DNA of 32,000 nt, taken from assembly GCA_027460535.1 (NCBI GenBank), contig JAPZAR010000006.1, forward strand, positions 1 to 32,000. Direction: 5' to 3'. The translations under genes and the position numbers were made by a program. This document shows positions 16,314 to 24,006 of this stretch, in pieces. The stretch comes from Candidatus Methanoperedens sp. Its GTDB lineage: Archaea > Halobacteriota > Methanosarcinia > Methanosarcinales > Methanoperedenaceae. Positions within the stretch are counted from its first letter, which is position 1. Every line of letters begins with the position of its first letter. The notes under the pieces were generated by a model that was not told the origin of the DNA, ran no database searches, and worked only from the letters and a program-made list of their open reading frames with translations.

Positions 16314-17165
16314 ATGGGAAAGAAAGCAGGACTGGAAGGTAAAGTCGCTTTGGTCACAGGAGGATCAAGGGGGATAGGTCAGGCGATCGCCTTGCGTCTG
16401 GCTGAAGACGGCGCGGACGTTGCAATTAATTATCAGGCAACTAAAGAGCAAGCTGAGAAGTTATCAAAGCTCATAGACCAGATGGGCATGATGGACGAAT
16501 TTGATAGATTATCCCTGAAGATAGACCTGATGGAGACAAAGGAGAACGCGAAGGAAGTATCAGAGTTAATAGATTCTATGGGCAAGCATTCTATCATATG
16601 CCAGGCAAACGTCAATGACTTTGAGCAGGTGAACAGGATGCGGGATGAGGTGGTAAAGCAGTTCGGCAGAATAGATATACTGGTCAATAACGCAGGAATA
16701 GTAAGGGATAAATCGTTTGTAAAAATGACTCCCCAGATGTGGACAGAAGTATTATCTGTTAACCTGGACGGTGCTTTCTACTGCACCAAAGCGGTTATAG
16801 AGGGTATGCTGGAGAGGAAGTATGGCAGGATCGTGAATATCTCCTCAGTTATTGGGAGGATGGGCAACCGTGGACAGGCGAACTATGCAGCTTCGAAGGC
16901 AGGATTGATAGCTCTATCGCAAACGCTGGCAAAAGAATTTGCAGGCAAGGGTATAACCGTGAACGCTGTTGCGCCTGGATTCATAGAAACGGATATGCTA
17001 AAATCGGTTCCCACAGAAATAATGGGGAAAATCCTGGCAGAGATACCCCTGGGAAGACTCGGGAAGCCATCCGAGGTGGCAGGTGCGGTGGCATACCTGG
17101 TCTCCGAAGATGGGGATTACATAACAGGTCAGGTCATTGATATAAATGGGGGTCTTTACATCTGA
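16314..17165 (+). CDS. Second FabG-like SDR reductase with a ~32-aa internal duplication
   Basis: 283 aa with TGGSRGIG, NNAG and YAASKAG. Extra sequence between beta2 and beta3 contains a duplicated helix: KEQAEKLSKLIDQMG versus KENAKEVSELIDSMG. Confidence 0.8.
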   Translation: MGKKAGLEGKVALVTGGSRGIGQAIALRLAEDGADVAINYQATKEQAEKLSKLIDQMGMMDEFDRLSLKIDLMETKENAKEVSELIDSMGKHSIICQANVNDFEQVNRMRDEVVKQFGRIDILVNNAGIVRDKSFVKMTPQMWTEVLSVNLDGAFYCTKAVIEGMLERKYGRIVNISSVIGRMGNRGQANYAASKAGLIALSQTLAKEFAGKGITVNAVAPGFIETDMLKSVPTEIMGKILAEIPLGRLGKPSEVAGAVAYLVSEDGDYITGQVIDINGGLYI

Positions 17166-17286
17166 AAAAAACTATTTTAGGCGATACGGGTAAAATCGGT
17201 TGCGTATCTCCATTCTCAACAACAATCAATATGGATAAATTAATATATAGTGCCAATATACAATCTCATCAGGGGGTTTAATTAAT

Positions 17287-18540
17287 ATGAAAAAAATTGC
17301 CATCGCATGCCAGGGCGGTGGAAGCCATACGGCTTTTACAGCTGGCGTGCTGAAAAGAATTCTAAAAGAAAACAAAAAAATGTACGACATTGTAGCTCTT
17401 AGCGGTACATCAGGTGGTGCTATCTGTGCTCTGCTGACCTGGTATGGTTTATTAACAGGTGGTAATGATAAAGCGGCCAAATTGCTGGATTCCTTCTGGA
17501 AAGATATTTCTGCCAATACATTTGGAGATATGCTCTTAAACGAATGGTTCGTCGGGACATCTCGCATGCAAAATGAAGGTTATGCAATACCTCAGATCAG
17601 CCCATATCTGTATCCCCCATTTGCGCAGGAGTATATGAGATCCCTTCTTGAAAAAAATGTAGAATTTGAAAAAATTAAGACATTTACTGATCCTCAACCT
17701 GAATTGCTTGTTGGAGCGGTTGATGTTCTTTCTGGTGATTTCAATGTTTTCAAGAATAGCAGGATTACTTCTGATGTAATTTTAGCTTCAGCGGCAATAC
17801 CAACTTTCTTACGGGCTGTGCCAGTTGATAAATATCTATTTGACTGGAATAAAATTCCAGGCGCTGATGATGAAAAGCTCATGGAATTTCTAAAACAAGA
17901 TTTCAATATTGAATGGACTGAAAATGCAAAAATTGAAAAAACCGATAATGGTAATATCGTAAAAGTTTATAAAGGAACAAAATCTCTTTTATGGGAACTT
18001 AACGATAAAAAAACCATTGTATATTTAAAAATCGATAAAAATAAAACGTATGAGTTTATCGTGAAGATGCAAAATGAAGAGATGAACATAGTCAAAAAAA
18101 GTGAGTATTGGGACGGCTTGTTTTCCCAGAATCCTCCCGTAAGAGATTTTATTTCTGGTATTGATGAAAAACCTGACGAGATATGGGTGATACAGATCAA
18201 TCCAAGAATGAATAAGAAATTGCCAGAGTCGATAGAAGCTATCGGCCATAGGCGAAATGAGCTTGCCGGAAATATTTCATTGTATCAGGAATTATTCTTT
18301 ATAGAAAAAGTCAATGAATGGATAGATAAAGGATATTTTGAAGGAACCAAAGCAAAATATAAACCTATTCAGGTGAGATTTATCAAGATGCTTCGCGAAC
18401 TGGATCTCGAAACAAAGCTTGATCGCCGTCCGGAATTCATAGAAGAAATGAAGAGCTACGGTGAAAAACAGGCCGAGGAATTTTTGAGACAGCCAGCCAA
18501 GCGCCATATGGAACGATTACGCAACCTTGTGGTTCAATGA
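17287..18540 (+). CDS. Patatin-like phospholipase-family hydrolase (candidate intracellular PHA depolymerase) with a 90-codon insertion
   Basis: It has a CQGGGSHTAF oxyanion motif, a G-T-S-G-G nucleophile elbow and a ..YWDGLF.. catalytic Asp motif. An AT-rich, Lys/Asn-rich insertion is encoded at 17836-18105. Confidence 0.8.
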   Translation: MKKIAIACQGGGSHTAFTAGVLKRILKENKKMYDIVALSGTSGGAICALLTWYGLLTGGNDKAAKLLDSFWKDISANTFGDMLLNEWFVGTSRMQNEGYAIPQISPYLYPPFAQEYMRSLLEKNVEFEKIKTFTDPQPELLVGAVDVLSGDFNVFKNSRITSDVILASAAIPTFLRAVPVDKYLFDWNKIPGADDEKLMEFLKQDFNIEWTENAKIEKTDNGNIVKVYKGTKSLLWELNDKKTIVYLKIDKNKTYEFIVKMQNEEMNIVKKSEYWDGLFSQNPPVRDFISGIDEKPDEIWVIQINPRMNKKLPESIEAIGHRRNELAGNISLYQELFFIEKVNEWIDKGYFEGTKAKYKPIQVRFIKMLRELDLETKLDRRPEFIEEMKSYGEKQAEEFLRQPAKRHMERLRNLVVQ

Positions 18541-18652
18541 TCTTGAGTACAATTTCATTGTAGTTCCGAAATATCCTGCTTCCGAATCGCAGAAATTTGA
18601 AAAATTAGCAGCTTAGTGCTTGCTCAGATATCAGGAGGTGCAGTAAACGTTA

Positions 18653-18859
18653 GTGGTCGCGTGTGTCAAACAGGTACCAGATACTACTCAGGTCAAAGTT
18701 GACCCGATCACTGGTACTCTGATCCGAGAAGGTGCGCCTTTTATCATAAATCCGTTTGATACCCACGCTTTAGAAGAAAGCCTCCGACTCTAAGAAAAAT
18801 ATGGGTTCCGCGCGGCTGTTATTTAAATGGGGCCTCCCAATACTGAGGAAGTTGCATAG
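18653..18859 (+). pseudogene. etfB: Relic of the electron-transfer flavoprotein beta subunit (N-terminal ~68 codons, two in-frame stops)
   Basis: It translates to VVACVKQVPDTTQVKVDPITGTLIREGAPFIINPFDTHALEESLRL*EKYGFRAAVI*MGPPNTEEVA*, which matches the canonical EtfB N-terminus. In-frame stops lie at 18791 and 18824. The rest of the gene is absent. Confidence 0.7.
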
Positions 18860-18997
18860 ATTATATTCTTCATTCATAGCTAAATCCATATTGTAAGGGC
18901 AGGATTATATTTTAATTAAACCAAAAGAAACTGGTCAGAAAATAAACCGGCATAACACATCGATTGCGGCAATCTGCAAAAATGAAAAAATAAGGGA

Positions 18998-19510
18998 CTA
19001 ACTCACGAACTTGGGCAAGAAATACTTCTTAATCACTGTATCGCATTTCCCGCATGTTATCATGAGCCAGTCGCCCACATCCTGTTTATCGTAGTTTTCA
19101 AATATGGATGCGCCACAGCTAGGACAGACGTAGTATTCTTTGAAATAGTAGTTATAGAACTCGGGGCAACGCTCAAGCCAGTTGATGGCCTGGAGGAGCC
19201 TCTCAAGGTACCTCTGTTTTCCACCCTCTGCACCTTTCTTCATCTCATCGAGCACATGCTCTTCCATATGTTTGATGTGGCGTTTGCTATGCTGTCTTAT
19301 TTTCTGGTAGTCGCTCACATACTGTTTCCCGCTCTCCAGATATTTCATATACCCCGTCTTTGTATTCGAGCCCTCTCTCATGGTTCTCAGGAAATACTCA
19401 CTCATCAGATCTTCCATGAGGTCGGAGCATTCGGTGCATATATTGTATCCCTTGTAGAGTCTGGAGTCCTGCTCTCCCTTGCATATCTTGCAGGTTTCCA
19501 TCCTTCTCAC
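18998..19510 (-). CDS. Hypothetical protein with two zinc-ribbon-like Cys pairs
   Basis: 170 aa with an N-terminal CKIC..CTEC and a C-terminal CPSC..CGKC. It overlaps the upstream gene by 4 nt. Confidence 0.6.
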   Translation of the reverse strand: MRRMETCKICKGEQDSRLYKGYNICTECSDLMEDLMSEYFLRTMREGSNTKTGYMKYLESGKQYVSDYQKIRQHSKRHIKHMEEHVLDEMKKGAEGGKQRYLERLLQAINWLERCPEFYNYYFKEYYVCPSCGASIFENYDKQDVGDWLMITCGKCDTVIKKYFLPKFVS

Positions 19511-19923
19511 CCGACTTGCACAGGTTTGGTCGCCTCTCGTGTGAACATTATTGGATAAAGGTTCAGCACTGAAAGGAGGTCCCCCTTCTTGATCTCGCCA
19601 GATTCCTGACCGAGCACATAGGCGGTATTAATGATTCGGTCTGTTTCAACAGGCGCAGGACCACCTTTAGCCCCTACCTTTACGACTGAAACAATTGGAT
19701 GATGGCTGAACGCACAGGGCATCGCAAGCATGTCCTTCTGGACTTTGATATCCTTTACCTTTACACGCTCCAATTTCCCCGCTCCGATGGTTACGTCCTC
19801 GTCCGCGATTACCATCTCCCATTTTGCCCTTGTGGCTATGGTAAATTCATAAGGCGATGCTTTGACTTTTTTCCGAGATACTTTCCCGTTCTCACGGGAA
19901 ACTACATTTACTATTTCGCTCAT
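19507..19923 (-). CDS. Hypothetical beta-rich protein (138 aa), unknown function
   Basis: Clean ORF and first gene of a two-gene operon divergent from cdrS-ftsZ. I recognise no catalytic motif. Confidence 0.55.
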   Translation of the reverse strand: MSEIVNVVSRENGKVSRKKVKASPYEFTIATRAKWEMVIADEDVTIGAGKLERVKVKDIKVQKDMLAMPCAFSHHPIVSVVKVGAKGGPAPVETDRIINTAYVLGQESGEIKKGDLLSVLNLYPIMFTREATKPVQVG

Positions 19924-20187
19924 AAAGGCTCACCATAGACTATATATTCCTTATACTACTTAAATTTTATCATGTTTAATAATTATAATAATCAATCGTG
20001 ATTTAAATTATTAATATAATCTTAGACATTTAAAGCCGGCGGATGCAATATATAATAGAGATTAAATTTAAATCTATTGCTGACACCGAGCTTTAAATTA
20101 TTTAAAAGGCATGCCTCCTAAGCTCAATTTTCAATTAGCATATTTTCATAAATATTTTTATTTAATCGATAGTTTTATATACTTTTG

Positions 20188-20207
20188 TGTCAGACTTACG
20201 TCTGACA
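20188..20207. promoter_or_regulatory. Inverted repeat TGTCAGAC-TTAC-GTCTGACA immediately downstream of a TATA-like box (about 20171-20186); putative operator of the cdrS-ftsZ promoter
   Basis: It has perfect 8-bp arms. A second 8-bp inverted repeat (TGGCATAC 20210-20217 / GTATGCCA 20240-20247) follows in the leader. Confidence 0.4.
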
Positions 20208-20277
20208 ATTGGCATACTAATGTCGCACAAATGGCGCACGTATGCCATTAGCCTCCTTCCAAAGGGGAGATACCAAA

Positions 20278-20505
20278 ATGCAAAGAGTCACACTAAGGCT
20301 CCCGGAACAGCAATTAAAAATGATCGACATGTTAGTAGAGGTTGGAGAATTTCCGTCCGCAAGCGAAGCAATCAGGACGGCTATAAGGGATCTCATCGAT
20401 CTGAGAAGCGAAAAATTGGTTGGCAGGATGAAGTTGTTAGAGAAAACGCAAGATCAAACAAAATATGCAGATAGTTTTCTGCGTTTGAAAGAAGAAAAGC
20501 AATAA
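20278..20505 (+). CDS. cdrS: Ribbon-helix-helix (CopG-like) regulator, CdrS-type, upstream of ftsZ
   Basis: MQRVTLRLPEQQLKMIDMLVEVGEFPSASEAIRTAIRDLI.. shows the RHH pattern. A GGGGAG SD sits upstream of the ATG at 20278. The gene ends 12 nt before ftsZ. Confidence 0.75.
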   Translation: MQRVTLRLPEQQLKMIDMLVEVGEFPSASEAIRTAIRDLIDLRSEKLVGRMKLLEKTQDQTKYADSFLRLKEEKQ

Positions 20506-20517
20506 AATACTGAGGGG

Positions 20518-21663
20518 ATGAATATGGAATCATTTGTACAAGATGCCTTAAAAATGGCAGAAAAAGAACAACAGTTGAAAAGAGCAGCAACAGGCGCTGC
20601 TGAAGATGTTGACGATTTCGGGACCCCGAAGATCGTCGTGGTCGGATGCGGCGGCGGTGGCAATAATACCGTAAATCGCCTTTACAACATAGGCATTGCC
20701 GGCGCAGATACGATCGCCATAAATACCGACAAGATCCACCTTGATATCACCCAGGCAGATAAGAAGATCCTGATAGGCAAGTCGATAACAAGGGGGCTTG
20801 GAGCAGGCGGATTCCCGGAGATCGGAAAGAGAGCGGCCGAGCTTGCAAGGGGAACACTTGAGGAAGTTCTCAAGAACGCGAACCTTGTATTCGTTACAGC
20901 AGGCATGGGTGGCGGAACAGGAACAGGCGTAGCACCGGTTGTTGCCCAGATCGCAAAAGACCAGGGCGCGATCGTGATCGGAATGGTTACAAGCCCGTTC
21001 AGGGTCGAGCGTGCAAGAATGGTCAAAGCGGAAGAAGGGCTTGATGACCTGAGGAACTGTGCGGACACCGTTATCGTACTTGACAATAACAGACTGCTTG
21101 ACTATGTTCCAAATCTCCCGATCGACCAGGCATTTTCGGTAATGGACCAGTTGATATCGGAGACCGTTAAGGGTATAGCCGAAACAATAACCCAGCCTTC
21201 ATTGATCAACCTTGACTACGCTGATGTCAGGGCCATAATGAAGGGCGGAGGCCTTGCGGTAATGCTTGTCGGAGAAGCAAAGGGCCAGGATAAGGCGAAC
21301 GAGGTCGTAAGAGCGGCATTGAATCATCCGCTGCTTGACGTGGATACAACGGGTGCAACAGGGTGCCTGCTACATATCACAGGCGGACCTGACATGTCTC
21401 TCCACGAGGCAGAGCAGATCGCTTCCTCATTAACCTATGAACTTGACTCCCATGCAAACGTGATCTGGGGTGCAAGGGTAAGGAAGGATTACGAGAGCAA
21501 AGTCCGCTGCATGGCAATAATGACCGGTATAAAGTCAGCGCAAATAATGGGACCGAGCGAGCAGAGAAATGCTTCAAGGAACAGTTCCCCGGCAGTTGAG
21601 GAAAGAATAAGAGTTCCAGCTGGCAGGGCAACAAAAGGTTCGATAATTGATCAAATAATGTGA
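20518..21663 (+). CDS. ftsZ: Cell division tubulin homolog FtsZ (FtsZ2-type by synteny with cdrS)
   Basis: 381 aa with GCGGGGNN, the GGGTGTG tubulin signature and NTD...D. The start may be the second ATG at 20524, which is better spaced from GAGGGG. Confidence 0.9.
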   Translation: MNMESFVQDALKMAEKEQQLKRAATGAAEDVDDFGTPKIVVVGCGGGGNNTVNRLYNIGIAGADTIAINTDKIHLDITQADKKILIGKSITRGLGAGGFPEIGKRAAELARGTLEEVLKNANLVFVTAGMGGGTGTGVAPVVAQIAKDQGAIVIGMVTSPFRVERARMVKAEEGLDDLRNCADTVIVLDNNRLLDYVPNLPIDQAFSVMDQLISETVKGIAETITQPSLINLDYADVRAIMKGGGLAVMLVGEAKGQDKANEVVRAALNHPLLDVDTTGATGCLLHITGGPDMSLHEAEQIASSLTYELDSHANVIWGARVRKDYESKVRCMAIMTGIKSAQIMGPSEQRNASRNSSPAVEERIRVPAGRATKGSIIDQIM

Positions 21664-21667
21664 AAAT

Positions 21668-21799
21668 ATGAAATGCAAGCACTCTAAGATAGGTTGTGTC
21701 ACACGCATCATTAACCAGGCATGGGAAGAGATGCGTGCGTGCGAGTGTGGAGTGGCCTGCGGGTATTACCATAAGAAATTGGTGAAAGCGCCGATATAA
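21668..21799 (+). CDS. Possible small Cys-rich protein (43 aa)
   Basis: The sequence is MKCKHSKIGCVTRIINQAWEEMRACECGVACGYYHKKLVKAPI. It starts 4 nt after the ftsZ stop and ends 2 nt before the terminator hairpin, so it would lie on the ftsZ transcript. Confidence 0.35.
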   Translation: MKCKHSKIGCVTRIINQAWEEMRACECGVACGYYHKKLVKAPI

Positions 21800-21801
21800 A
21801 C

Positions 21802-21836
21802 CTGGCAAGAAATTGCCAGTTTTCTTTTTTATTTTT
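21802..21836 (+). terminator. Hairpin CTGGCAA-GAAA-TTGCCAG followed by TTTTCTTTTTTATTTTT
   Basis: A 7-bp perfect stem with a GNRA-like loop, followed by a 17-nt T-rich tract. Confidence 0.6.
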
Positions 21837-21878
21837 CTAATCGATAAGAATATTCTATATGCAGGCATATTTTAGTTC

Positions 21879-22658
21879 ATGGATTTATACGATACTCTAA
21901 AAAAATTGAAAAATAACGAGATGAGTATTGAAGAGGCGGAAAGGCAGCTCAGGATAACTGGTTTAGAGCATCTTTCAAATATCGCAAAGATCGATGTCCA
22001 CCGCGCAAAAAGGACAGGTATCCCTGAAGCCATTATTGCAGACTGCAAAACCGGCGAAGAAGTCGTCAATATTGCGCGTATCCTTTTAAAAAATGAAGGT
22101 AGGGTGATTATTACAAGGGTATGCGATGAGAATTATACAGCCCTGGGGTCGCTGGCAAATGAATTGGGTGTTGAGATCAGATGCGAAGAAAGGGCAAGAA
22201 TGGCAGTCCTGGGCCGCCCAGCCATTAAGACCGGAGGGAAAGTGGGTGTTATTTCTGCGGGTACTGCGGATATACCTGTGGCAGAGGAAGCTAGGGTGAT
22301 AGCAGAAGAGATGGGTTGTTCTGTCACCACAATATACGATGTCGGGGTAGCGGGAATCCACAGGCTTTTTCCCGAATTGACTAAGCTTATTGAAGCCGGT
22401 GTGGATGCTATCGTTGTTGCCGCAGGACGCGAGGGCACCCTTCCCACAATTGTATCCGGGCTTGTGGATATCCCTGTTATCGGGGTTCCTGTGTCGACCG
22501 GATACGGCGCAGGGGGAAAAGGAGAGGCTGCGCTTCTTTCGATGCTTCAATCCTGTTCCGTTCTGACTGTGGTGAATATCGACGCGGGTTTTGTGGCTGG
22601 AGCGTTCGCGGCAAGGATTGCAAATCAGGCTGTGCGGTATAGAAAACAAATGGAATAG
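21879..22658 (+). CDS. larB: Nickel-pincer cofactor biosynthesis protein LarB (AIR-carboxylase/PurE-like)
   Basis: 259 aa with an N-terminal ..D.HR..RTG.PE.I.. segment and a C-terminal PurE-like domain (..GVISAGTADIPVAEEA.., ..VVAAGREG.LP..V.G..). This is typical LarB architecture. Confidence 0.8.
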   Translation: MDLYDTLKKLKNNEMSIEEAERQLRITGLEHLSNIAKIDVHRAKRTGIPEAIIADCKTGEEVVNIARILLKNEGRVIITRVCDENYTALGSLANELGVEIRCEERARMAVLGRPAIKTGGKVGVISAGTADIPVAEEARVIAEEMGCSVTTIYDVGVAGIHRLFPELTKLIEAGVDAIVVAAGREGTLPTIVSGLVDIPVIGVPVSTGYGAGGKGEAALLSMLQSCSVLTVVNIDAGFVAGAFAARIANQAVRYRKQME

Positions 22659-22863
22659 ATTGCATTAGAATGTCTTTTGGAAATCATATCCAAAAAATAA
22701 ACTTCAAAAAAGTTGAAATCCTGGCTGATAAACTTATTCCAAATTACGCTTTTTGAAATAAAATTTATGGGGTGTATCAAATACATTTTTGCCAATTGAA
22801 TAAATTTTTATACTATGTGAGAGAGTAATATGTTGTTAAAAAAGTTATGAGAGGTAAGAAAAT

Positions 22864-23274
22864 ATGAGAATAAGAGTTGTGAGTTCAAAAGAGGAGATTA
22901 ATTCTCTGGGAGAGGGCGAGAAGATCATTCACCTGGCTTTCAGGCCATCAAACAAAGACATTTTTGCATTAGTTCAATCCTGTCCTAATGTGAAAGCAAT
23001 ACATATACCGAGTTCTTATATAAAAACGATATCGCATTCCACCAAGATGTTCCTTGATATGCAGGGCATTTCATTGCTGGAAGGGGATGTCTGGGGGCAT
23101 AGGAAGGATATTAACGAATATTCCGAGATCAAACCAGAGGTCTTTGACAGGATGCAAGAACTGAAAGGTGAAGGCTTGTCCGAATCTGCTGTTCTCGACA
23201 GGCTGGGAAGAGAGACCCGGCTCAGCAAGGATTTATTGAAATTCCTGTTGAAAGAAAAATCCAAAAAGAAATAG
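22864..23274 (+). CDS. Conserved archaeal hypothetical protein (DUF1699-like, from memory only)
   Basis: 136-aa clean ORF with an AGGTAAG SD-like sequence upstream. The ..LAFRPSN.DIF.L...CP...AI..P.SY......S..MFL.MQGI.LLEGDVWGHRKDINEY.. pattern resembles a family I recall from Methanosarcinales. Confidence 0.55.
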   Translation: MRIRVVSSKEEINSLGEGEKIIHLAFRPSNKDIFALVQSCPNVKAIHIPSSYIKTISHSTKMFLDMQGISLLEGDVWGHRKDINEYSEIKPEVFDRMQELKGEGLSESAVLDRLGRETRLSKDLLKFLLKEKSKKK

Positions 23275-23350
23275 ACACTTTTTTGTGATCTATTTTTAAT
23301 ATTTTTAATTGGGGTGCTTGAATAAAACCAAGCATTATTCGGAACTATTT

Positions 23351-23647
23351 TCAGGTATTGGATTTTACAGTTGGCATCTTTTTCTTTATCTCATCAAGCA
23401 ACTGTTCGTCGCTCTTTCCTTCAGTAGCTATACCGAGATCTTTTGCCATCTGTCTTATCTTAGGCGACTTCTCATCTTTACTTGATTTCTCTATATCCTT
23501 GAGTTCAAGCTCTGACTCATGTTGTGCTTTTTTGAACTCGCCTGTGGCCTTGCCAAGCGATCTTGCAAGTTCGGGGATCTTGTTAGCTCCAAAAAGGATT
23601 ATTATGACAAGAACGATCAACAATATTTCGGGTGTTCCTATAGCCAT
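23351..23647 (-). CDS. tatA: Twin-arginine translocase subunit TatA/E
   Basis: MAIGTPEILLIVLVIIILFGANKIPELARSLGKATGEFKKA.. shows the classic TatA TM segment plus amphipathic helix. Confidence 0.85.
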   Translation of the reverse strand: MAIGTPEILLIVLVIIILFGANKIPELARSLGKATGEFKKAQHESELELKDIEKSSKDEKSPKIRQMAKDLGIATEGKSDEQLLDEIKKKMPTVKSNT

Positions 23648-23648
23648 A

Positions 23649-23987
23649 TTATATACCTGAGGGTTTTGATCCTTCGACGGATTTCAGATTTTCATTTGAT
23701 TTTAATCCTTCGTTAGACCTGATTTTTGCGCGTATTTCTTCTATCAACTGTTCAGCTGTCTTATTCTGTGCATCCAGACCCATTTCTATCGCAAGATTAT
23801 GGATCTTTGTATCTCTGTCATTAATTGACGAATCCAATCGTTTAAGTTCATGTTCGGTTTCCATCTGGGCCTTCTTGAATTCCCCGGCGGCTTTACCAAG
23901 AGAGCGTGCCAATTCCGGGAGTTTGTTTGGCCCGAATAAGAACAATGCAACGATCAAAATCAATATCAACTCTGATGTTCCTATCAT
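23649..23987 (-). CDS. tatA: Twin-arginine translocase subunit TatA/E, second paralog
   Basis: The internal Met gives MIGTSELILILIVALFLFGPNKLPELARSLGKAAGEFKKA... The longer ORF-track version (to 24095) would overlap cfbB. Confidence 0.8.
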   Translation of the reverse strand: MIGTSELILILIVALFLFGPNKLPELARSLGKAAGEFKKAQMETEHELKRLDSSINDRDTKIHNLAIEMGLDAQNKTAEQLIEEIRAKIRSNEGLKSNENLKSVEGSKPSGI

Positions 23988-24006
23988 GAATCTATTCTTT
24001 ATTGCT

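Noticed and set aside
20187-20474. 95-aa ORF, and the 20242 start of the RHH ORF
   Set aside because: 20187-20474 is an alternate frame overlapping cdrS and has a basic, low-complexity translation. The 20242 start lies inside the leader hairpin and lacks an SD. The ATG at 20278 has a GGGGAG SD and starts exactly at the RHH beta-strand.
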